Below, piece by piece: positions 48,842 to 59,574 of a DNA stretch of 64,000 nucleotides. The DNA lies in IMG/VR virus record IMGVR_UViG_3300027969_000052, positions 32,001-96,000 of that record, one strand, 5' to 3'. The stretch comes from a virus. The translations under genes and the position numbers were made by a program. The notes below the pieces were generated by a model. The model was given only the letters and a program-made list of their open reading frames with translations, made no database searches and was not told the origin of the DNA. How positions within the stretch are numbered: position 1 is the stretch's first letter; each line of letters starts with the position of its first letter.

Positions 48842-49501
48842 TTATTCCGGAACAAATATACTATCAATGTTGTCTTCAGCGGCAAAAAATACATCATTAT
48901 CTTCAAATATAAACTGTTGATCAGGGAAAAATGTTACTAAAATTTTGTAAATTTGCATGCCATCTCTATGCGGATATTGCGGATTACTTGCAAATCTTAT
49001 TAATAAACTAAAAGTCGGATCAGCAAATAGTTCAGGAGTAAGCGTCATACCCCAAGTATCACCATCTCCGCCATACACTTGCGTATTATTGTTTCTAACG
49101 TGTCCGTCTGTTCTTGAAGCAAGATTAGTTCTATTTTCGCTAATCACTTCGTCGTTTAGCATGAACGCTACTGTATCGTCTACAACACGGCCATTACGTT
49201 GTGTATGTAGTTCTACTGCAACTCCCGTAATATTGTTTGGAGCAACATCAAATTCAAAATTACTGCACTTTAAATAAAATGTTTTATCTAGTACTGCTCC
49301 GCGTCCGCTATTTGGAATGTGCTGTAAAGGTTTAACTGTGGTAAGTACGTTCATGGCGCCCGCACCAGTATTTGGATTAGCTAAATTATATTCTGGCTGA
49401 TCTATTACTGTTGTATCGTTAAAATTATTTGTCCAAGAAACATTAACGTCTGGATATTCAGCGTATTGGACAACTGTTCTTGGAACATAATATTGGGTCA
49501 T
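48842..49501 (-). CDS. Hypothetical virion protein
   Basis: 219-aa ORF; TAAATA (49507-49512) only 5 nt before the ATG. Confidence 0.65.
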   Translation of the reverse strand: MTQYYVPRTVVQYAEYPDVNVSWTNNFNDTTVIDQPEYNLANPNTGAGAMNVLTTVKPLQHIPNSGRGAVLDKTFYLKCSNFEFDVAPNNITGVAVELHTQRNGRVVDDTVAFMLNDEVISENRTNLASRTDGHVRNNNTQVYGGDGDTWGMTLTPELFADPTFSLLIRFASNPQYPHRDGMQIYKILVTFFPDQQFIFEDNDVFFAAEDNIDSIFVPE

Positions 49502-49528
49502 ATCAATATTTACCTAACCCAAGGTTGT

Positions 49529-49554
49529 AAAAAAGGACTCCTAAGAGTCCTTTT
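49529..49554 (-). terminator. Rho-independent terminator
   Basis: AAAAGGACTC-TTAG-GAGTCCTTTTTT on the - strand. Confidence 0.85.
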
Positions 49555-49556
49555 AA

Positions 49557-49961
49557 TTAAGCACTACCTAAATCAATGCATCCGCCGCCTGATGGTAGGG
49601 TTGTTCCGCCGATCAACCACGGTGCTTTTTCACCGCTATCAAATACGTAGTTTGCGCCACCAGCTACTTGATATACTGTTGCTGTACGACCGCTAATCTT
49701 TGAAACAACATAAGTGTTGCCCGCAGAATCAACTCCGTTAATTTTCATAAGGCCCGCTGTTACAGAACCAGTTGATAGTGAACAAACTCCGGTACCTTGT
49801 GCTGTTGTAACATTAAAACGAGTGTCGTTTTTTTGTCTGTTAATGTAACCTGTTACTGCCGATGAGCCACTGTTTGCTACCGGAATAAATGCAGTTACTC
49901 GGATCTGTTGACCAGATCTCGATGTGTTACCAAATTGTCTTTTTTCTAATGGACGTCCCAT
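49557..49961 (-). CDS. Small structural protein after the capsid gene (possible head decoration protein)
   Basis: Own TAAATA (50024-50029), AAGGAG SD and terminator. Confidence 0.65.
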   Translation of the reverse strand: MGRPLEKRQFGNTSRSGQQIRVTAFIPVANSGSSAVTGYINRQKNDTRFNVTTAQGTGVCSLSTGSVTAGLMKINGVDSAGNTYVVSKISGRTATVYQVAGGANYVFDSGEKAPWLIGGTTLPSGGGCIDLGSA

Positions 49962-50040
49962 TTTATTTCTCCTTTAAGTCCAGGACATGTCGGTTGGACC
50001 TCCTACATGTTTGTCTGGTATACTATTTATTCAGTCCAAC

Positions 50041-50065
50041 AAAAAGCACCCCGAAGGGTGCTTTT
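50041..50065 (-). terminator. Rho-independent terminator of the capsid gene, UUCG tetraloop
   Basis: AAAAGCACCC-TTCG-GGGTGCTTTTT on the - strand. Confidence 0.9.
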
Positions 50066-50088
50066 ATGTTTATTACAATCCCTAAGGA

Positions 50089-51270
50089 TTACTTGAATGA
50101 TACGTTTGAAGAAACAATACGTACTTTACCCAAGTAGTCAGCGGCGTTGCCTAAGCTAGACGCTGTGTTAGTTAACTCAACATAGCCGTAGCGTGTTAAG
50201 AAACCAACTACTGGTTCAAATGTTGCTGGATCAAGAACAACACCAGAGCTCATCAACGGAATATATGGGCAATAGAAAGCGGCGGCATCAGCCTCGCTTG
50301 GACCCTTATAACCAATAAGAACTTGGTTGTCATCTGCACCGGTATCAGCAAGGTATGCGTCAACGTAAATGCGCATTGCGTTATTCAATGTACCAACAAA
50401 CTTAGTGTTTGTAGGTGCTTCGAATGTACCTTCTGTGGTACGTGCAAATGCTGAAGTAGTTGCAGACTGAAGAATTGTAAGTGCTTGCGAACTTACAACA
50501 GCCCAGTTACCTGCGCCACGACGTGTGCGTTGTGCAATCTTGTTAGCAACACGGTTAATTTGAATTGCCAATGCGGCATGTTCGTCACCAACGAATGTAG
50601 CTGTACCAGACACTAATGACTGATCATACTCTTCTTCAACTGAAGCTAACTGACGTAAAGAAGCTAAAACTTCTTGGTCGATTTCAGCAGTAATTTCTTG
50701 TGCTAAAGCGGCCATGATTTCTGCTTCGATGTCAATGCCTTGTTGAGCTTGTGCATCTTGAGCGGCTTCGAAAGTCCAACGAGCTGATAGCTTGCGTGAC
50801 TTGGCTTCGACTGGTGCCTTCAAGATTTGAATGCTCATACGCTTGCCTGGTTGACCTTCCATCTTAGCTGTTGTGTCAGCACGTGGATATGTTGCGTCAT
50901 TGTTACCAGAATAAGCCTGGGCAATCTTGAATGGGCTCAGTGCCTCTTCACCCGCTACAACTTCGTTGCTAGAATCAGCATAACGAACACGTAGAGTGTG
51001 AATTTGTCCTACTGGACCTGTCATAGGTTGTACACCAACAATTTCGTTAGCAATAACCGTAGGCATAACACGACGGATTACTGGAAGAATCACGCGGTTA
51101 AGTGTTGCAATGTTACCTGCAGATGTAGCACCTGCTGTAGCACTTTCTAATAGGTACTTACGTGTATTTTCCAAGCATGTTTGCATGGAGCTACGACGGG
51201 TACCTTGTAACCCTTCTAATAGGGTATCTTTGGTTTCTGACCATCTTTCGTTCAGAAGTTGTGACATCAT
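50089..51270 (-). CDS. gp23: Major capsid protein
   Basis: VGVQPMTGPVGQI, AKSRKLSARWTFEAAQD, EITAEIDQE, FYCPYIPL, TRYG. Confidence 0.97.
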   Translation of the reverse strand: MMSQLLNERWSETKDTLLEGLQGTRRSSMQTCLENTRKYLLESATAGATSAGNIATLNRVILPVIRRVMPTVIANEIVGVQPMTGPVGQIHTLRVRYADSSNEVVAGEEALSPFKIAQAYSGNNDATYPRADTTAKMEGQPGKRMSIQILKAPVEAKSRKLSARWTFEAAQDAQAQQGIDIEAEIMAALAQEITAEIDQEVLASLRQLASVEEEYDQSLVSGTATFVGDEHAALAIQINRVANKIAQRTRRGAGNWAVVSSQALTILQSATTSAFARTTEGTFEAPTNTKFVGTLNNAMRIYVDAYLADTGADDNQVLIGYKGPSEADAAAFYCPYIPLMSSGVVLDPATFEPVVGFLTRYGYVELTNTASSLGNAADYLGKVRIVSSNVSFK

Positions 51271-51284
51271 TTATCTCCTAATAA

Positions 51285-52382
51285 TTACTTTGCTAGACCC
51301 GCTAACTTGCGGATGTCTACAATGTTGTCAAAGCCTGCCTCAGGCTGATTTTTTACCTCACGGTCGCCAGTTACTTCAGTTTGTGAAACTGATTCAGCAA
51401 TTACTTGCTTAGACTTGCGAACGCCACCTTCCATTACTGCTGGTAGGTATTTGTCATATGCTGTTGCTAGTTTGGCTGTTTGCACAGACTCTAACAATTC
51501 ACTCATGACGGCTCTTTTCTCAGCACTTAGAGGTGCTAATAGTTCGCTCATAACATTTGATCGCTCTGCCATATCATGTTTAACGCGAATTTCACGTTCT
51601 TTAGATTCGACAATAGCTTTACTCTTGTTAAGAGCTTGCTGTGCTTCGGCGATTTCTTGTTCTTTCTTATCTACAATCTTTAACAGACGAGCTGTTTCAG
51701 ATTTTTCGTTAAGGTAAGAATGTTGAAACTCCTGTGCAAATGCTTCAAAAATACGACGACCAAAATTGCTTGTGCGAGCAGATTCGATGTCTTCTTTCAA
51801 CTGATGTAACTCAGTTTTTAGTTGACGTGTAACTGTCTCTTGAACAAGTCCGGCACTTCGTTTAATGAATTCTTTTTTAACTTCAGCAAATTTTACTTTA
51901 GCTTCACGAACTAATCGAACTTTAGTTTCGATTACTTCCTTCTTGTCCTCAGCAAATTCGCCTATCTCTTTGGCCAATGCGTTTACAACGAATTGTTCCA
52001 ACTTAGAAAAATTCTCAGAAACGGTCTTGCGATCGTTTTGGAATTCTACAAGTTCTTTTGCTAGTTGAGACATAACAAACGATTCCATTGTTTTGGAATC
52101 AGATGCTATCTTGCGCTTGTACTCAGCTTTGGTTTCTGCCAATGCTTTGCGATCAGTCACAAACTCACCTAGTTCTGCGGCTAAGCGGTCGCCTACTAGT
52201 TTGTCGAGTGCTTCTACCATGACACCTTTATCGTGTTCATATCGATTTGCAAACTCTTCACGTAGTTCAGCGGTTACTTGGTCGCGATTCTCTTGAATCT
52301 TTTGATTAAATGCAGATTCTAACTCACCTTTTACGGCTTCGCTAATCACACCACTTTCAACCAATTGCTTGAATGCGTCCAT
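51285..52382 (-). CDS. gp22: Prohead core scaffolding protein
   Basis: Coiled-coil; FGRRIFEAF motif; lies between protease and capsid genes. Confidence 0.85.
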   Translation of the reverse strand: MDAFKQLVESGVISEAVKGELESAFNQKIQENRDQVTAELREEFANRYEHDKGVMVEALDKLVGDRLAAELGEFVTDRKALAETKAEYKRKIASDSKTMESFVMSQLAKELVEFQNDRKTVSENFSKLEQFVVNALAKEIGEFAEDKKEVIETKVRLVREAKVKFAEVKKEFIKRSAGLVQETVTRQLKTELHQLKEDIESARTSNFGRRIFEAFAQEFQHSYLNEKSETARLLKIVDKKEQEIAEAQQALNKSKAIVESKEREIRVKHDMAERSNVMSELLAPLSAEKRAVMSELLESVQTAKLATAYDKYLPAVMEGGVRKSKQVIAESVSQTEVTGDREVKNQPEAGFDNIVDIRKLAGLAK

Positions 52383-52392
52383 TTATTTCTCC

Positions 52393-53019
52393 TTAGGCTT
52401 TAAGGCCACTAATAATCTGAAGCATAACCTCGCGGAGATACTTCTGTGCCTTAGGATCGTCTTGCACTTCTTTACTAATCCGCATAGCACGTGCCCCACC
52501 ACGACTGTTCATGATATGCTCATAAACAGGTGTAGGGTAAGCGCCAGGCGCACTAGGTTGGGCCACGATGTCCACTGTTATAATTTCGAACTCGGATACT
52601 TCACCTGAGCCGTCATTCACGTTTCCGCTACCACGACTGCTCACGCCAAGTTTTACACCACTTTCGAGCATAGTGCGAACCAGTTGTCCCATTGGAGTAG
52701 GCAAAACTTTCATCTTGCCATATCCGTTTGGACCGTCCATCCACATTTGAGTAATCATATGGGATACACGGTCTAAATTTACTTTTAAATCATCTGGATG
52801 GTCAACTTCTCCGAGAACACTATAACCGTTTTGAATTTGATCATTGAGGGTTTTAACCGCAGACTCAATTTCCCTTACAGGATAAACCCGTTGGTTTTGA
52901 TTGCGTATTCCACCCTGGATTGCAATACCCTTTAAGTAAAGGTTTTTGCCCTCTTTGTCATCGCTCTCGATTATCGCTTGAGCTTGATCAAAACTTAGGT
53001 GTTCTCTTAAAAATTGCAT
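52393..53019 (-). CDS. gp21: Prohead core protease
   Basis: NQNQRVYP, LGEVDHP, GVSSRGSG, DIVAQPSAPGA. Confidence 0.95.
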   Translation of the reverse strand: MQFLREHLSFDQAQAIIESDDKEGKNLYLKGIAIQGGIRNQNQRVYPVREIESAVKTLNDQIQNGYSVLGEVDHPDDLKVNLDRVSHMITQMWMDGPNGYGKMKVLPTPMGQLVRTMLESGVKLGVSSRGSGNVNDGSGEVSEFEIITVDIVAQPSAPGAYPTPVYEHIMNSRGGARAMRISKEVQDDPKAQKYLREVMLQIISGLKA

Positions 53020-53036
53020 CTAGTGTAATTTCCTAA

Positions 53037-53951
53037 TTAACCAATCTTGCGATCAACGATTGATCTAGTATTGCTAGCAGACTCGCCGCTACCTTTCTTT
53101 TCAGCGCCATGACCGGCTGGGTTCTTAGTAGTTTCTGAACCGCTCTTCATGCTAGACATAGAACTGCTAGAGATGTTCTTTTCAACACCTTTAGTGAACT
53201 CGCCTTTAACGCCGCCAACTAAACCTTCTCCGCCCTTGATACCTTCAGTACCATTGCCACCTTGAGCGATGTTTTTAGCTGTTGCGCCGCTTGATGGGCG
53301 ATCTTTTGGATTTTGATTTACTGGACCTGCTTTACCGTCGCCAGCTTCATTCTTGTTAGAAATACCGTTTCCTGAACCATATGGCTTGCCAATTGTTTCA
53401 CGATATTCGCGAGTTAATTGACGTCCTTCGAAAGGCATTGCGCTTTCATCTTCTGGCTCATCTTCTTCTTCGTCACCAAATTCTGGTGCTTCTTCACCGT
53501 CTTCTGGCTCTTCTTCGCTTTCCTCATCACTGCCTTCACCGCTCATTAAGCGTTCGAATTCAGCTTTTAGGTCTTCTAAAGCGTCTTCTAAATCTTGCAC
53601 ATCACCTTTTGTAGCTGGAGCTGTTTCGTCTCCACCTTCTTCATCGCCACCGAACTCGTCGTGGGCTGTAGGTGCTTCTGTATCGCCTGGTAGGCCATCA
53701 GCAGAATCACCACCTGGGAAAGCTGGCTCTTCTTCGCCATCCATACCAAATGCTTCTTCAACAGATTCCTCTTCGGCCACTGTTTCGTCATCAGTTTCTT
53801 CTTCTACTGATTCGTCTTCTTTTGTTTCTTCAGCGATTAGCTGTTCGTAGATATCTCGGCTTTTTTCTACAACGATCGCATGGAAAAGCTCTTCAGCTTT
53901 GTCCTTTTCTTCGTTTACGATAAAGTCTAGTAATTGTTCGAATTTATTCAT
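53037..53951 (-). CDS. Acidic prohead core / internal protein
   Basis: Very E/D-rich; lies between portal and protease where T4 has gp67/gp68; TAAATA at 53997-54002. Confidence 0.65.
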   Translation of the reverse strand: MNKFEQLLDFIVNEEKDKAEELFHAIVVEKSRDIYEQLIAEETKEDESVEEETDDETVAEEESVEEAFGMDGEEEPAFPGGDSADGLPGDTEAPTAHDEFGGDEEGGDETAPATKGDVQDLEDALEDLKAEFERLMSGEGSDEESEEEPEDGEEAPEFGDEEEDEPEDESAMPFEGRQLTREYRETIGKPYGSGNGISNKNEAGDGKAGPVNQNPKDRPSSGATAKNIAQGGNGTEGIKGGEGLVGGVKGEFTKGVEKNISSSSMSSMKSGSETTKNPAGHGAEKKGSGESASNTRSIVDRKIG

Positions 53952-54137
53952 TGCGTGGATCTCCTATAAGGCAAGGGTGGAATAAACATGTATGTTTATT
54001 TACAACCACTTCGATTTAATTATGCGAAATAGGCCAAAAACCGCAGATTTTGGTATGTGACGTAGGCTTCTTAGCCTAGAATTGATTTAAATTGTCTAAA
54101 ATATTTACTTGTTATATTTTGAAATTAAAGTATGACT

Positions 54138-54380
54138 TTATGCTACTGGCTGTTCTGTGGGTGTTTTGTACATTTGTTTTACCACAATTAAGTTTTCTTG
54201 CTGTTCGCGATCACGTGCATCGCCTGCTTTGCGTAGATCGTTTAGCATACGTAATGTTAATCTAGTCTTACGTAGGTCAGATGCCTTTAATACACTAGTA
54301 TCGTGTAATGGATCATAACGATCGTTGATCTGCTGTTCTTGCTGATCTTTGGTAAAATAAATAAATTCGTTCAATAACAT
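54138..54380 (-). CDS. Small head-module protein
   Basis: 80 aa, RKTRLTL motif; TAAATA (54388-54393) 7 nt before the ATG. Confidence 0.7.
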   Translation of the reverse strand: MLLNEFIYFTKDQQEQQINDRYDPLHDTSVLKASDLRKTRLTLRMLNDLRKAGDARDREQQENLIVVKQMYKTPTEQPVA

Positions 54381-54397
54381 AGTATTGTATTTACCAG

Positions 54398-56131
54398 TTA
54401 TTGTGGTGTGCCAGGGGCAGTAGGGGCGGCTCCGGCAGTTGGTGCCATACCAGCTGTTCCTTCTTCGGCGCCGCCTGCTTGCATTTCTTCAGTTCCGGGA
54501 TCCGAAGCTCCTAAGCTGTCCATATCTGCACTCATGCCGCCTGGAGTAATTCCAGCGCCACGCAACTCCGCTCCTGCAGGTATAGGTTCGATAACATCTA
54601 GATTTTCTTCTGCCCACATTTCCTGATTTTCTGCAATCTCTTCTTGACTTAGTCCTAGGAAACGTTTTAGTGCAAAGCGTTTACTAATAAATGGAACTTG
54701 TACAATATTACCAAATGTATTAATACGAACTCCGTCCATTTCTGCTTGACGGTAGGCCGCAAAGTTTTGTGGAGGATTAAATTCAACATCAAATAAATTT
54801 GGATCAATGTTAATGCCTTTATTTGCTAGATATGTTTTAAATTCAACATCAAAACTAGTATTCATTAAACTTTGTAGTCGTTCGCAGTATTTGTTAAATC
54901 TAAGTTCTTGTATATAGGCTGTTCCAACTCGACCATCATTGAAATTAGATCCTCCATCGTCAGACCCGGTAGGTAGATAACTTGAAGGTATGCGTAAAGC
55001 ACGAAACAGCTTATTAGTAAAATATCTAAGATCATCAATTTCTCCTAGATTTGTTCCACCTGGTAATACGTCTACTCTAGAGCCTCGACCTTCGGCAGTT
55101 TGCGGAAAGAAATAATCTTCGTTAATGCTTAACGGGTTATAGCTACTGTCAATTAAGTTAGTTCCGCCTCCAGTTAAACTAGGCAAGCGTCTTTGATTTA
55201 TTTCGTTTTTAACTCGCTCTACAAATCCCATAGCCAAGTGAGTTGGCATGTTTCCGACATCGATATAGAATACTCTACGTTCTGGAGCACGTTGTATGCG
55301 ATAGATAATGATAGCATCTTCGAGCAATTCTTTCTGCTTGTAGACTTTAAAAATACTTTCTAATAAGCTGTTACCAAACGGAAAGTTATTATCCAGCCCT
55401 TCTGATAAACTAATGTGAATAACGTGTTTAGCGTCAACAGCAAATTGATTTTGATTTACCATAAAGCGGTTACCACTGCCTCCGCCTCCGCCATAGCTAC
55501 CGGTCATTCCCCGTGAACCACCTGCCCCGCCACCGCTTTGAGTGTAAGAGCCAGTACCGCCCATTGAGTTTTGATTAGTTGGGTTAATTGTAGTTGCTGT
55601 TAACGATTGTAAGTTAATGTTTAGATCACGGATAACATACTGCTCAGGTTTTTTGCCTTCGCTTTCATTAACAACAATACGGTCAACTTTAGCAGGATCT
55701 ATATATACCCATGCTTGTGTTTCTGGATCGCGAATAAAAAAGCTATCGCCGTATTTGAATACGTTACGTACAACTTTAAAAATACGTTTATGAAATATGT
55801 TTAATTTAGTCCACTGTTGTAGATACTTTTTAAGGATCTTAATTTCTGTCGGAGTCGCTTGATCTTTAAAATTTAATTCAAAAGGTGTGCCGTTTTCATC
55901 ATTAGTCTGACTGCAAAATTCTGCTAAGATATCTAAGGCCGCATTAACTTCACTATCGCTATCCATAGTGTCATACTGACTGTATCGCTCTAAACGATTT
56001 GGATGCCCTGAATATACATCTGGTAGATATGAAGAATAATTTGTACGTGAAGGATTGGCGCCATTGCTTCCGCTAATAGGGCTCATTTGTCCTGTAGTAC
56101 TAACTGGTGTGAAATATTTTTTCCAACTCAT
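54398..56131 (-). CDS. gp20: Portal protein (probable start ATG 56131, MSWKKYF)
   Basis: LLEDAIIIYRIQRAPERRVFYIDVGNMP, EDYFFP, LPGGTNLGEIDD. Confidence 0.95.
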   Translation of the reverse strand: MSWKKYFTPVSTTGQMSPISGSNGANPSRTNYSSYLPDVYSGHPNRLERYSQYDTMDSDSEVNAALDILAEFCSQTNDENGTPFELNFKDQATPTEIKILKKYLQQWTKLNIFHKRIFKVVRNVFKYGDSFFIRDPETQAWVYIDPAKVDRIVVNESEGKKPEQYVIRDLNINLQSLTATTINPTNQNSMGGTGSYTQSGGGAGGSRGMTGSYGGGGGSGNRFMVNQNQFAVDAKHVIHISLSEGLDNNFPFGNSLLESIFKVYKQKELLEDAIIIYRIQRAPERRVFYIDVGNMPTHLAMGFVERVKNEINQRRLPSLTGGGTNLIDSSYNPLSINEDYFFPQTAEGRGSRVDVLPGGTNLGEIDDLRYFTNKLFRALRIPSSYLPTGSDDGGSNFNDGRVGTAYIQELRFNKYCERLQSLMNTSFDVEFKTYLANKGINIDPNLFDVEFNPPQNFAAYRQAEMDGVRINTFGNIVQVPFISKRFALKRFLGLSQEEIAENQEMWAEENLDVIEPIPAGAELRGAGITPGGMSADMDSLGASDPGTEEMQAGGAEEGTAGMAPTAGAAPTAPGTPQ

Positions 56132-56132
56132 T

Positions 56133-58586
56133 TTATGCGACCCTTGCGAATCTATTAGACCATCCAGGCTGATTTTCTGCAATCTTACGTTGCATCTCTA
56201 TGGATTGTAATAATAGTTGATTTGTCATAGCCTGTTGCTTATTTAATGCTGTAAACGCATTTGCCATGTTATTCTGGGCTTGTGCATTGCCTGTATTCAT
56301 TGCGCCTTTTACTAGATTAATCATCTGTGGCTCAGTGAGCACTCCTTCTGGGCCATCTACAATTAACGGTGTATCTCTAAAATTTTCAATTAATTTACCG
56401 GTTGCGCCTAATGAGCCACCGTGTCTTTGTTGACTCAGTCCTGCGGCTCTGACTTGATTTTGTCTCCAGTTTGGATCTGTATCTCCTGTTTGCCAATTGC
56501 CTTGTTTATTTTTATTAACACTAACATCGTCGGCAAGTTTTCTAGTACTCTTGTCTAACTCTGCTTTTCTATTAGCACTTTGACTCATGAAATATTGATA
56601 ATCGTCTTCGGTAATATTTCTTATCAACTCCAGGTTTTTTGAATTAGAAGCTAATGCTTCTTGATTATCTTTTCGTATAGCAAGTTCCTCAGTAGTGAGT
56701 GTGCGTGTTTTTTCTATGTCTTCTAATACTTTTAAATTCTCTTGTTGTTTTCGAGATTTGGTAAGAAATTCTTCACGATTGCCATATACTGCCATTGCGT
56801 ATGCTTCTTTTTCTATATCAGCTTTTTTCTTTTGAAGAGCACGACTGTCTTCGGCTAGCTTTTCCTCTTCTTTAAGAAGTGCCCGACGTTTTTCTGCTTC
56901 TGCTTTTCCATACATCCACTCAGGTAACAAATTTTCTTTTAAGTATGTCATTAAGTATTTGAATAACATTTCTATTTTGTCCCCAATTCGAGCGCGACCT
57001 TCTTCTGTTGTTAAATCTTCAAGAAACTCTCCTATCGATTCCATTAGTTTTGCTACGTCTTTACCTAATTTTTCAAAATCAACATCTTTTATAAAATTTG
57101 TAAATTTAGTAACAAGTGTATTAGCGTGTTTTGCCAGCAAATCCATAATTGGAAGCAATGCTTCAGCGATTCTGTTACCTAGCTCTTTCATTTTACGTTG
57201 AGTCTCTACTGCCGTGTCTGATGCTTTTTTATCTGCTTCTGTTTTTTCTATAACTTGTTTAATTTCTTTTTCAATTTGTTCTTGATTAACTTTTCCGTTG
57301 GCAGTATACTTGTTTACAATTTTTTGTATTTCCATTAGCCCTTTTGCGGCTTCTGTACCGCCTTGTCCTGCGGCCGCAACAATATTACCATAGCCTTTCA
57401 TGTCTTTAACAACTCCTGCGATTCCTGCGGCTGTGAGTTTGTCCATCGTAGCTCTTGCTACAGTTACACTAGTTCCATCTGTTACAGACTTAGATAGTCC
57501 TTCAATTGCTTGTTGTCCTTTTCCCATCATACTAAAGAAAGTTTTGCCTTCTTCACTAAACGGTGCGGCAAATCCCATAATGCTGGCTTTAAGAGAATCC
57601 ATAGCACCTTTACCACCTATAGCATTTGCTCTCATTAGTGCCATGTTGGCTTTTTCTCGACCCGCCTCATCAAGAGTTGCTAAGTGAGCTTGCCAACTAG
57701 CTTCTCCGGCTTCTGCTTGCATTTTCTGTTCAAGTGCTTCTCTACTTTCTCCTGTAAGCCTGCTCATAAAATCTAATTCTTTACCATAGTTGGCCGCGGC
57801 TTTGGCTAGGCGTGCTTGTTCATCTGCTGAATTTTTACCTGCTCTCATTCCGTCATTACTAACACGCAGATAGTTACCTAGCATGTCGTTAATTTCTGTA
57901 AATGAATAACCTAACTTTGATAGTTCCGGTCCAAAATTCTTTTGTAAATTTTGATTAATTCCCAATAATGCTTTTGATCCGGATGTTGCACTACCACCTA
58001 ACTGTAACAGCACATCTCCGTTCTTTTTATACATAGTTGCAAGCTCATCAAGCGTTAGATACAAACTTGAAGCTTGGGTTCTTAACCCTGATAGACTCCC
58101 GTTAAGTCCTACGCCTGTTCCGCTAATTTGTTGATAGATATCTAGATTCTTTTCTTGATACTTCATTACTTTTTCAAATACCGAAGCAAGCATTCCAAGC
58201 CCTAATGGTAAATCTGATAATGCTTTAAACAGTCCGCTAGCACGGGCTTCACCATCCGCCAACTCTTCACCAAAGTTAACTAGGTTACCCATAGTCTGAA
58301 CAGCGGCACCGCCCATATCCCATAGGAATCCGCCAAGTGAACTTGCTTTTTTTGCCATTCCGCCTAAAGCGTCTCCAGCAATTCCATTGTCTTTTGCCGC
58401 ATCCTCTATAGACTTTGATGCTTTTTCAAATGCATCAGTGTTAACATCGGCTTTTTTAGCCATAGCTTTAAGTATAGCCGAGTCTTGTTTAGCAATGGCT
58501 AGCATCGCGGCTAGAGTAGATTCGGTAGCCGCGTTGATTAACTCAACATTTTCATTGCCGATTGTACCTTTAACTGTTTGAGCCAT
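56133..58586 (-). CDS. Tape-measure-like protein
   Basis: 817 aa, helical and A/G/K-rich; ELDFMSRLTGESRE; C-terminal HGGSLG...GPEGVL; divergent from the gp26-like gene. Confidence 0.7.
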   Translation of the reverse strand: MAQTVKGTIGNENVELINAATESTLAAMLAIAKQDSAILKAMAKKADVNTDAFEKASKSIEDAAKDNGIAGDALGGMAKKASSLGGFLWDMGGAAVQTMGNLVNFGEELADGEARASGLFKALSDLPLGLGMLASVFEKVMKYQEKNLDIYQQISGTGVGLNGSLSGLRTQASSLYLTLDELATMYKKNGDVLLQLGGSATSGSKALLGINQNLQKNFGPELSKLGYSFTEINDMLGNYLRVSNDGMRAGKNSADEQARLAKAAANYGKELDFMSRLTGESREALEQKMQAEAGEASWQAHLATLDEAGREKANMALMRANAIGGKGAMDSLKASIMGFAAPFSEEGKTFFSMMGKGQQAIEGLSKSVTDGTSVTVARATMDKLTAAGIAGVVKDMKGYGNIVAAAGQGGTEAAKGLMEIQKIVNKYTANGKVNQEQIEKEIKQVIEKTEADKKASDTAVETQRKMKELGNRIAEALLPIMDLLAKHANTLVTKFTNFIKDVDFEKLGKDVAKLMESIGEFLEDLTTEEGRARIGDKIEMLFKYLMTYLKENLLPEWMYGKAEAEKRRALLKEEEKLAEDSRALQKKKADIEKEAYAMAVYGNREEFLTKSRKQQENLKVLEDIEKTRTLTTEELAIRKDNQEALASNSKNLELIRNITEDDYQYFMSQSANRKAELDKSTRKLADDVSVNKNKQGNWQTGDTDPNWRQNQVRAAGLSQQRHGGSLGATGKLIENFRDTPLIVDGPEGVLTEPQMINLVKGAMNTGNAQAQNNMANAFTALNKQQAMTNQLLLQSIEMQRKIAENQPGWSNRFARVA

Positions 58587-58616
58587 TGATTAAAATTCCC
58601 TGATTATATTGGTAGA

Positions 58617-58647
58617 TAAATATCATACTAGATTACCTATCTATTTA
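58617..58647. promoter_or_regulatory. Face-to-face late promoters: TAAATA on + (58617-58622) and on - (58642-58647)
   Basis: GATAAATA / TATTTATC inverted pair between the divergent tape-measure and gp26-like genes. Confidence 0.65.
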
Positions 58648-58660
58648 TCGGAGTTTAAAA

Positions 58661-59527
58661 ATGGCAGAAAATACACCAAAAATCAATCCGCTGATGAGCA
58701 TCATGCGTCAGCCCAAAGTCTATATAACGCTTCCTAGCAGGGGAAGATATTACCCAGAGGGCAGTCTTGATCCCACAGTTAATGGAGAATATCCTGTATA
58801 TTCAATGACTGCCAAGGACGAGATAATATTAAAAACTCCCGATGCACTAATGAACGGTCAGGGGTTAGCCGATGTTATTCAAAGTTGTATGCCTAACATT
58901 AAGGATGCGTGGACGGTGCCTGCTATAGATCTAGATGTAATCCTTGTAGCAATTAGATTAGCTACGTATGGTAATACTATGACGTTAACTATCAATCACG
59001 AAACGATGGACGATTCTATGGATTACGAAATCAGCCTCCAGGAAATACTAGAACAACTACAATCAAATACTACTTGGGAAGAACGGTTAGAAATACGGCC
59101 CGACCTTGTAGTATTTTTAAAACCTATTGATTATAAAACACAGACCTACACTCAAATTAGTGAGTTTGAAACCCAACGATTAATGAGTGTTATTAGGGAT
59201 GATACACTTGACGAAGATACTAAATTAGCACAGTTCAAGACGTCATTTGAAAAAATGACTTCAAGAGCAATGGATATCATTGTTAAAGCAGTTCATCGAA
59301 TTGAAAGTGCTAGCGGAACTGTTACTGATCCTGAATTCCTAGAAGAATTTATGAAACAATGCGACAGAGAAGTGTTTGATAAAATCAAAAAACGAATTGC
59401 AGAGTTAAATGAAAAAAATCAGCTCAAACCATTGAGAATCGCTAGCACAGAAGAAATGCTTGCAAAAGGTGCTCCCGAATTTATTCAAGTTCCATTTAGT
59501 TTTGATGCCGCAAATTTTTTCGGATAA
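58661..59527 (+). CDS. Baseplate hub assembly protein / tail assembly chaperone, gp26-like
   Basis: YITLPSRG, SMTAKDE, IDLDVILVAIRLATYG, ends NFFG. Confidence 0.8.
   Translation: MAENTPKINPLMSIMRQPKVYITLPSRGRYYPEGSLDPTVNGEYPVYSMTAKDEIILKTPDALMNGQGLADVIQSCMPNIKDAWTVPAIDLDVILVAIRLATYGNTMTLTINHETMDDSMDYEISLQEILEQLQSNTTWEERLEIRPDLVVFLKPIDYKTQTYTQISEFETQRLMSVIRDDTLDEDTKLAQFKTSFEKMTSRAMDIIVKAVHRIESASGTVTDPEFLEEFMKQCDREVFDKIKKRIAELNEKNQLKPLRIASTEEMLAKGAPEFIQVPFSFDAANFFG
59515..59521 (+). other. Candidate -1 frameshift slippery heptamer T TTT TTC
   Basis: X XXY YYZ pattern one codon before the stop; the -1 frame is open from 59506 to 59751. Confidence 0.6.
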
Positions 59528-59574
59528 GGCTTCTATCACTTAGCTATGAGGAAATCTTAAAGCTAGTCAATGAA

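Noticed and set aside
53952-54137. 185-nt gap with a palindrome (53981-54000) and small hairpins as a possible sRNA
   Set aside because: Adequately explained by two TAAATA promoters and an AT-rich spacer; the stems are short and give no strand-specific support.
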